Assembly (NCBI GenBank): GCA_046484865.1
Contig: JAWOID010000044.1
Span: 1 to 35,378 of the forward strand
Origin: Candidatus Krumholzibacteriia bacterium
Lineage (GTDB): Bacteria; Krumholzibacteriota; Krumholzibacteriia; LZORAL124-64-63
Reading direction: 5' to 3'
Length of the DNA stretch: 35,378 nt
Part shown: piece by piece, positions 31,705 to 35,378 of the stretch
Layout: the number at the start of each line of letters is the position of its first letter
How positions within the stretch are numbered: position 1 is the stretch's first letter
Notes under the pieces: generated by a model
Databases searched by the model: none
Seen by the model: the letters and a program-made list of their open reading frames with translations, nothing else
What the model was told of the DNA's origin: nothing
Made by a program: the position numbers and the translations under genes

Positions 31705-31760
31705 CGGTAGGAGTCATCAGCCCTCGGGTGGGGCGGTTAGCGGGGGACTCCATCCCCTGA
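31705..31760 (-). ncRNA. Fluoride riboswitch (crcB RNA motif)
   Basis: Minus strand reads GGGGATGGAGTCCCCC-GCTAACCGCCC-CACCCGAG-GGCTGATGACTCCTAC. This matches the crcB pattern (GGnGATGGnGTnCnCC...AACCGC...GCTRATGACnCCTAC), with a GGAGU/ACUCC pseudoknot. Confidence 0.93.
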
Positions 31761-31768
31761 ACTCGCGG

Positions 31769-31797
31769 AAACTAGCACTGCCGGAATGCGAAGGCAA
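31769..31797 (-). promoter_or_regulatory. Putative sigma70 promoter of the riboswitch-antiporter transcript
   Basis: TTGCCT-17 bp-TAGTTT with an extended TGn, about 11 nt upstream of the aptamer. Confidence 0.55.
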
Positions 31798-32006
31798 GCA
31801 CGGGACCGGCCGCCTCTCGCCCGTCCGGCCGCCCGGATCCAGAAGACCGCGAGGATCGACGAGCAGAGGACAATCCGTGCACGGGCGAACGTCTCTCTGG
31901 CCGCCGATCCCGGCCACCAGGGCTGCGTCCGCCTCGTATGGGTACCGCTCGTCCTGGCCAGAACCGCGGTCCGATCCTAACCTGACCTCCCTGGGAGGAG
32001 GCAATC

Positions 32007-32588
32007 GTGTCACCACCGCCGGATGCGCCAGCGCAGCGCCGAGTCCTCGTGCCCGTCGGCGACGGCAGCGAGGAGATCGAGGCCGTCACCATCATCGACG
32101 TCCTGCGCCGCGCGGGCGCCGAGGTGACCGTGGCTTCCGTGACCGGCGCGCACGAGGTGCGCTGCTCGCGGGGCGTGCGTCTCGTCACCGATGTCCTCGT
32201 CGAGGATTGTCGCGGCGACCCGTGGGATCTCGTCGTCCTGCCCGGCGGCATGCCGGGAGCCGAGGCGCTGCGCGACAGCAGCGCGCTCACCCGGCTGCTG
32301 CACGCCCACGTCGCCGCAGGCAAGGAACTGGGCGCCATCTGCGCCGCTCCCGCCGTGACCCTCGCTCCGCACGGGCTCCTGGACGGCCGCCGCGCGACGT
32401 GTCATCCTGGCTTCTTCGACCGGCTCGACCCCGATCGGCGCAGCGAGGAACGCGTGGTGGAGGACGGACCTCTGGTCACCAGCCGCGGTCCCGGCACGGC
32501 GCTGGAGTTCGCGCTGACGCTGGTGGAACGCCTGTTCGGACGCGCACGCCGCGACGAGGTGGCCGGCCCCATGCTACCGCCGACGTGA
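32007..32588 (+). CDS. DJ-1/PfpI family protein (YajL/ThiJ-like)
   Basis: GSEEIEAVTIIDVLRRAG, LPGGMPGA, AICAAP nucleophile, TSRGPGTA; GGAGGAGG RBS. Confidence 0.93.
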   Translation: MSPPPDAPAQRRVLVPVGDGSEEIEAVTIIDVLRRAGAEVTVASVTGAHEVRCSRGVRLVTDVLVEDCRGDPWDLVVLPGGMPGAEALRDSSALTRLLHAHVAAGKELGAICAAPAVTLAPHGLLDGRRATCHPGFFDRLDPDRRSEERVVEDGPLVTSRGPGTALEFALTLVERLFGRARRDEVAGPMLPPT

Positions 32589-32699
32589 GGAGCCCGGTCC
32601 CGCCACGGCTGACAAGCGCGGCGGCCGACAGGCGCGGCGGCCGGCCGGCAGCGCGGCCTCGGGAGCGGTCATGTCCACCCTCACGTGAAGGAGGAGCGC

Positions 32700-33377
32700 G
32701 TGAGCGCCGAACCCACCGGGCCCGGATTCACCCCCCTCCACTTCCGCACCTATTCCGGGGACGACATGCGGGCCCGGGCCCGCGACTTCCGCGCGGAGAT
32801 GGGACGCCGGCGCAGCGTGCGCCAGTTCAGCGATCGCCCCGTGCCGCGGGAGATCATCGCCGACTGCCTGCTCGCGGCCGGCTCGGCGCCCAGCGGCGCC
32901 AACAAGCAGCCGTGGCACTTCGAGGTGATCGGCGACCCGCAGCTCAAGCAGCGCATCCGCGCCGCCGCCGAGCAGGAGGAGAGCCGGTTCTACGCGGGTC
33001 GCGCGAGCGACGAGTGGCTCGACGACCTCGCGCCCCTGGGCACCGGGCCCGAGAAGCCGTTCCTGGAGTCCGCCCCCTGGCTCATCGCCGTCTTCGAGCA
33101 GCGGCACGGCACGGGCGCCGGTGGCGAGAAGACGCGACATTACTACGTGAAGGAGTCGGTCGGGATCGCGGTGGGGATATTGATCGCGGCACTGCACCAT
33201 GCGGGTCTGGCCACGCTCACCCACACGCCGAGCCCCATGCACTTCCTCAACCGCATCCTCGAACGCCCCGCGGGCGAACGCCCGTTCCTGCTGCTGGTCG
33301 TGGGGCATCCAGCCGACGACGCGGTCGTGCCGCGCATCGCCAGGAAGTCTCTGGACGAGATCGTGAGGTTCCGATGA
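32700..33377 (+). CDS. Nitroreductase-superfamily FMN protein, iodotyrosine deiodinase (IYD)-like
   Basis: [18 protein letters not shown], lid [48 protein letters not shown] 32700 follows AAGGAGGAG. Confidence 0.85.
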   Translation: MSAEPTGPGFTPLHFRTYSGDDMRARARDFRAEMGRRRSVRQFSDRPVPREIIADCLLAAGSAPSGANKQPWHFEVIGDPQLKQRIRAAAEQEESRFYAGRASDEWLDDLAPLGTGPEKPFLESAPWLIAVFEQRHGTGAGGEKTRHYYVKESVGIAVGILIAALHHAGLATLTHTPSPMHFLNRILERPAGERPFLLLVVGHPADDAVVPRIARKSLDEIVRFR

Positions 33378-34453
33378 GCCAGCCCGTGCGTGCCGAGATC
33401 CTGTCGACCCTGTTGCCCGATGCAGTCCCGCCGTTGTGGGTGCCGCTGCTGACGTATTACCGCATGGCCGGACACGAGCCTGTGGTCACCGTGGACGACC
33501 AGCAGATGATGACCCACGCCCATGCACTCCACCGGACGGTACCGCTGTGGATGGTGGCCGGCTCCACCGGCGACGGCTGGGAGCTGAACGACGCGCACTA
33601 CGAGCAACTGCTGAGCCTGGCGGCGAGCCCGCGGCTGCGCCGCGGCGAGTCTCGCATCCTGATGGCGGCTCTGCGCCCGACCACCAGCGAGGTCGTGAAT
33701 CTCGTCGAGCGGATCCACCGCGTGCTGGGCACGAGCCCCGGCGCGGGACTCGCGAGCAACATCGAGGCCCTGCGGTCCCGCGGCTGGGTGGGAATCTGCG
33801 TCTGCCCGCCGTGCGGCAAGGACATCTCCCAGGAGGGGATCGCCCGGCATCTGGAAGCGGTGTTCGCCGCCACGCGCATGCCGGTGGCCGTCTACCAGCT
33901 CCCCCAGGTCACTGGCTGCCGGCTGGAGCCCGACACCTTCCGTGAACTCGCTGAGCGACACCCCGAGATCATCCTCTTCAAGGACTCCAGCGGCGACGAC
34001 GACGTGGCCGCGCGCATGGCAGAGGACGAACCGGCGGTCGCAGACCGGCCATTGCTCGTGCGAGGTGCGGAGTCGAACTACGCCGGCGCGCTGCGCTCGC
34101 TGGGCGGCCCTTACGACGGGCTCCTCCTGAGCACCGGCAACAACTTCGCACCCGATCTGCGCCGGACGGTGGACGATGCGCTCGCCGGCAACGCTGATGC
34201 CGCCCGCGACCGCTCGGACCGGCTCGAAGCCCTGGTCGCACGACTGTTCGCCGCGGCGGAAGGCCACGACGCGCCGGGCAATCCCTTCGCCACCGTCAAC
34301 CGAGCGGTCGATCATGTCCGGCGCCACGGCTCGCGCTGGCGCGACGCCCCGGCGCCGCTGGTGTTCGACGGCTCGCGACTGCCGGCGAAGCTGCTGGAGG
34401 CGGTCGCCGCCGTGCTGGCGAGCACCGCGGACGATCATCCGATCGAGCAATGA
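33374..34453 (+). CDS. Dihydrodipicolinate synthase / class I aldolase (DapA-like) family protein
   Basis: [15 protein letters not shown], Schiff-base FKDSSG; ATGA overlap with the upstream gene. Confidence 0.8.
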   Translation: MSQPVRAEILSTLLPDAVPPLWVPLLTYYRMAGHEPVVTVDDQQMMTHAHALHRTVPLWMVAGSTGDGWELNDAHYEQLLSLAASPRLRRGESRILMAALRPTTSEVVNLVERIHRVLGTSPGAGLASNIEALRSRGWVGICVCPPCGKDISQEGIARHLEAVFAATRMPVAVYQLPQVTGCRLEPDTFRELAERHPEIILFKDSSGDDDVAARMAEDEPAVADRPLLVRGAESNYAGALRSLGGPYDGLLLSTGNNFAPDLRRTVDDALAGNADAARDRSDRLEALVARLFAAAEGHDAPGNPFATVNRAVDHVRRHGSRWRDAPAPLVFDGSRLPAKLLEAVAAVLASTADDHPIEQ

Positions 34454-34475
34454 CCCGCTCCCCGAGGTCGATCCC

Positions 34476-34847
34476 GTGAAGGCTCTCCTGCTGGTCGCCC
34501 ACGGCAGCCGCCGCCCCGAGGCCAACGAAGAGGTCCGCCGCCTGGCCGCCGCCGTGCGCCGCCGCGCCACGGGTTTCGGAGCCGTGAAGGTGGCCTTCCT
34601 CGAGTTCACCGAACCGACGGTCGCCGAGGGTCTCGAGGCGTGCATCGCCATGGGCGCGACCCAGGTGACCGTATTCCCCTACCTGCTGTCCATGGGCTCC
34701 CACGTGGCCGCGGACATCCCCCGTGCCGTGGCGGCCCGCCAGAAGGCGCATCCGGAGGCACTGATCCGGGTCGCGCCGCACCTGGGCCTGGCCGAGGGGC
34801 TGGCGGAGTTGATCGTGTCCCACCTCGAGCCGCGGCCGGACCGCTGA
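34476..34847 (+). CDS. cbiX: Short CbiX/SirB-type sirohydrochlorin chelatase
   Basis: LLLVAHGSRR, AFLEFTEP, PYLLSMGSHVAADIP, PHLG; 123 aa. Confidence 0.82.
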   Translation: MKALLLVAHGSRRPEANEEVRRLAAAVRRRATGFGAVKVAFLEFTEPTVAEGLEACIAMGATQVTVFPYLLSMGSHVAADIPRAVAARQKAHPEALIRVAPHLGLAEGLAELIVSHLEPRPDR

Positions 34848-35018
34848 ACGGGCAGCCGCCTTGACCGCCGGGCACTGCTGCGGGGCAGCGCATCCGTACC
34901 CTGCTCGATGTCCTCGGCTGCGGCCGCGGCCGGACCGCAGAACCGGGCCAGCCGCCTGGATCGCCGGGCATTGCTGCGGGGCAGCGCATCCCTACCCTGC
35001 TCGATGTCCTCGGCTGCG
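34829..35018. repeat. Imperfect tandem duplication of about 95 bp starting inside the cbiX 3' end
   Basis: Units 34829-34922 and 34923-35018 share gccgcggccggaccgc...cagccgcct...cgccgggca.tgctgcggggcagcgcatcc.taccctgctcgatgtcctcggctgcg. Confidence 0.85.
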
Positions 35019-35074
35019 GCCCAACGGGCCGCAGCCTGCGGATTACGAGCAGGGCAGGGATGCGCTGCCCCACA
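34975..35074. repeat. 100-bp REP/REPIN-like hairpin element (copy A)
   Basis: Arms tgcggggcagcgcatccctaccctgctcg / cgagcagggcagggatgcgctgccccaca (2 mismatches); inner stem ggctgcggccc-aac-gggccgcagcc. Confidence 0.8.
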
Positions 35075-35305
35075 CGTGGCCTTGCGGCCAGGAAAGCCGC
35101 TGACCGGACAGGATCCTGTGCGGAATAGGTTGTGGATCGAAGAAAGGTGCGCACAACAGTCGTTCCATAACGACTCGCGAGGGGCCGCGCCTCGAGTGCA
35201 GCCGCAGCGGTGAGCGTGCAGACCAGCAGCCATCGAGCCCGGCAGGGCGCCAGGTTCCAACCTCGGCCCGCCGGGGGCTGTCCGAACCCGCAGCCGTGCG
35301 GCCCC

Positions 35306-35378
35306 GGGTCGACGCACCGTCCCCTGCGCGTAATCCGCAGGTTCGGGCCCGTCCGGGCACGGACCGAGGACATCGCGC
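35306..35378. repeat. Diverged, inverted copy B of the same hairpin element, truncated by the window end
   Basis: ccctgcgcgtaatccgcagg...ccgaggacatcgcgc aligns with the reverse complement of copy A. Confidence 0.75.

Noticed and set aside
31622..33373. N-terminal extension of the 943-aa ORF
   Set aside because: Arg/Pro-rich off-frame translation over the riboswitch, DJ-1 and IYD-like genes; the real start is 33374.
35146..35173. Canonical dif site
   Set aside because: The XerD arm matches only 4/11 of TTATGTTAAAT; kept only as a weak finding.
34606..35373. ORFs over the terminal repeat region
   Set aside because: Translations of palindromic repeats with no coding bias or motifs.
34829..35378. 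Possible CRISPR array or integron attC sites
   Set aside because: Too few and too long units, no unique spacers, no cas genes, and no RYYYAAC/GTTRRRY boxes.

Overview
Very GC-rich bacterial chromosomal segment. A C-terminal 'SWxxLK' tail, an FlgD-type C-terminal domain and a TPR Ser/Thr kinase resemble Krumholzibacteriota/Latescibacterota/Eisenbacteria-type genomes (inference only). It holds about 25 CDSs, in order: a partial cyclophilin, TPR kinase, secreted protein, ABC-2 exporter pair, Na+:solute symporter, orphan sensor kinase, recQ, two Fe-S proteins, a trypsin-like lipoprotein protease followed by a small lipoprotein resembling its pro-domain, fused permease/spermidine synthase, lactate permease, a large S8 protease, an epimerase, SLC13/TrkA-C and FNT transporters, a membrane protein, a probable gene remnant, a cation:proton antiporter, and a DJ-1 / iodotyrosine-deiodinase-like / DapA-like / CbiX gene run. 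The main non-coding signals are a complete fluoride riboswitch with a readable expression platform upstream of the antiporter, and a REP/REPIN-like hairpin family with compensatory substitutions at the right end. I saw no rRNA, tRNA, CRISPR array or transposase. All calls are by eye, without database searches.
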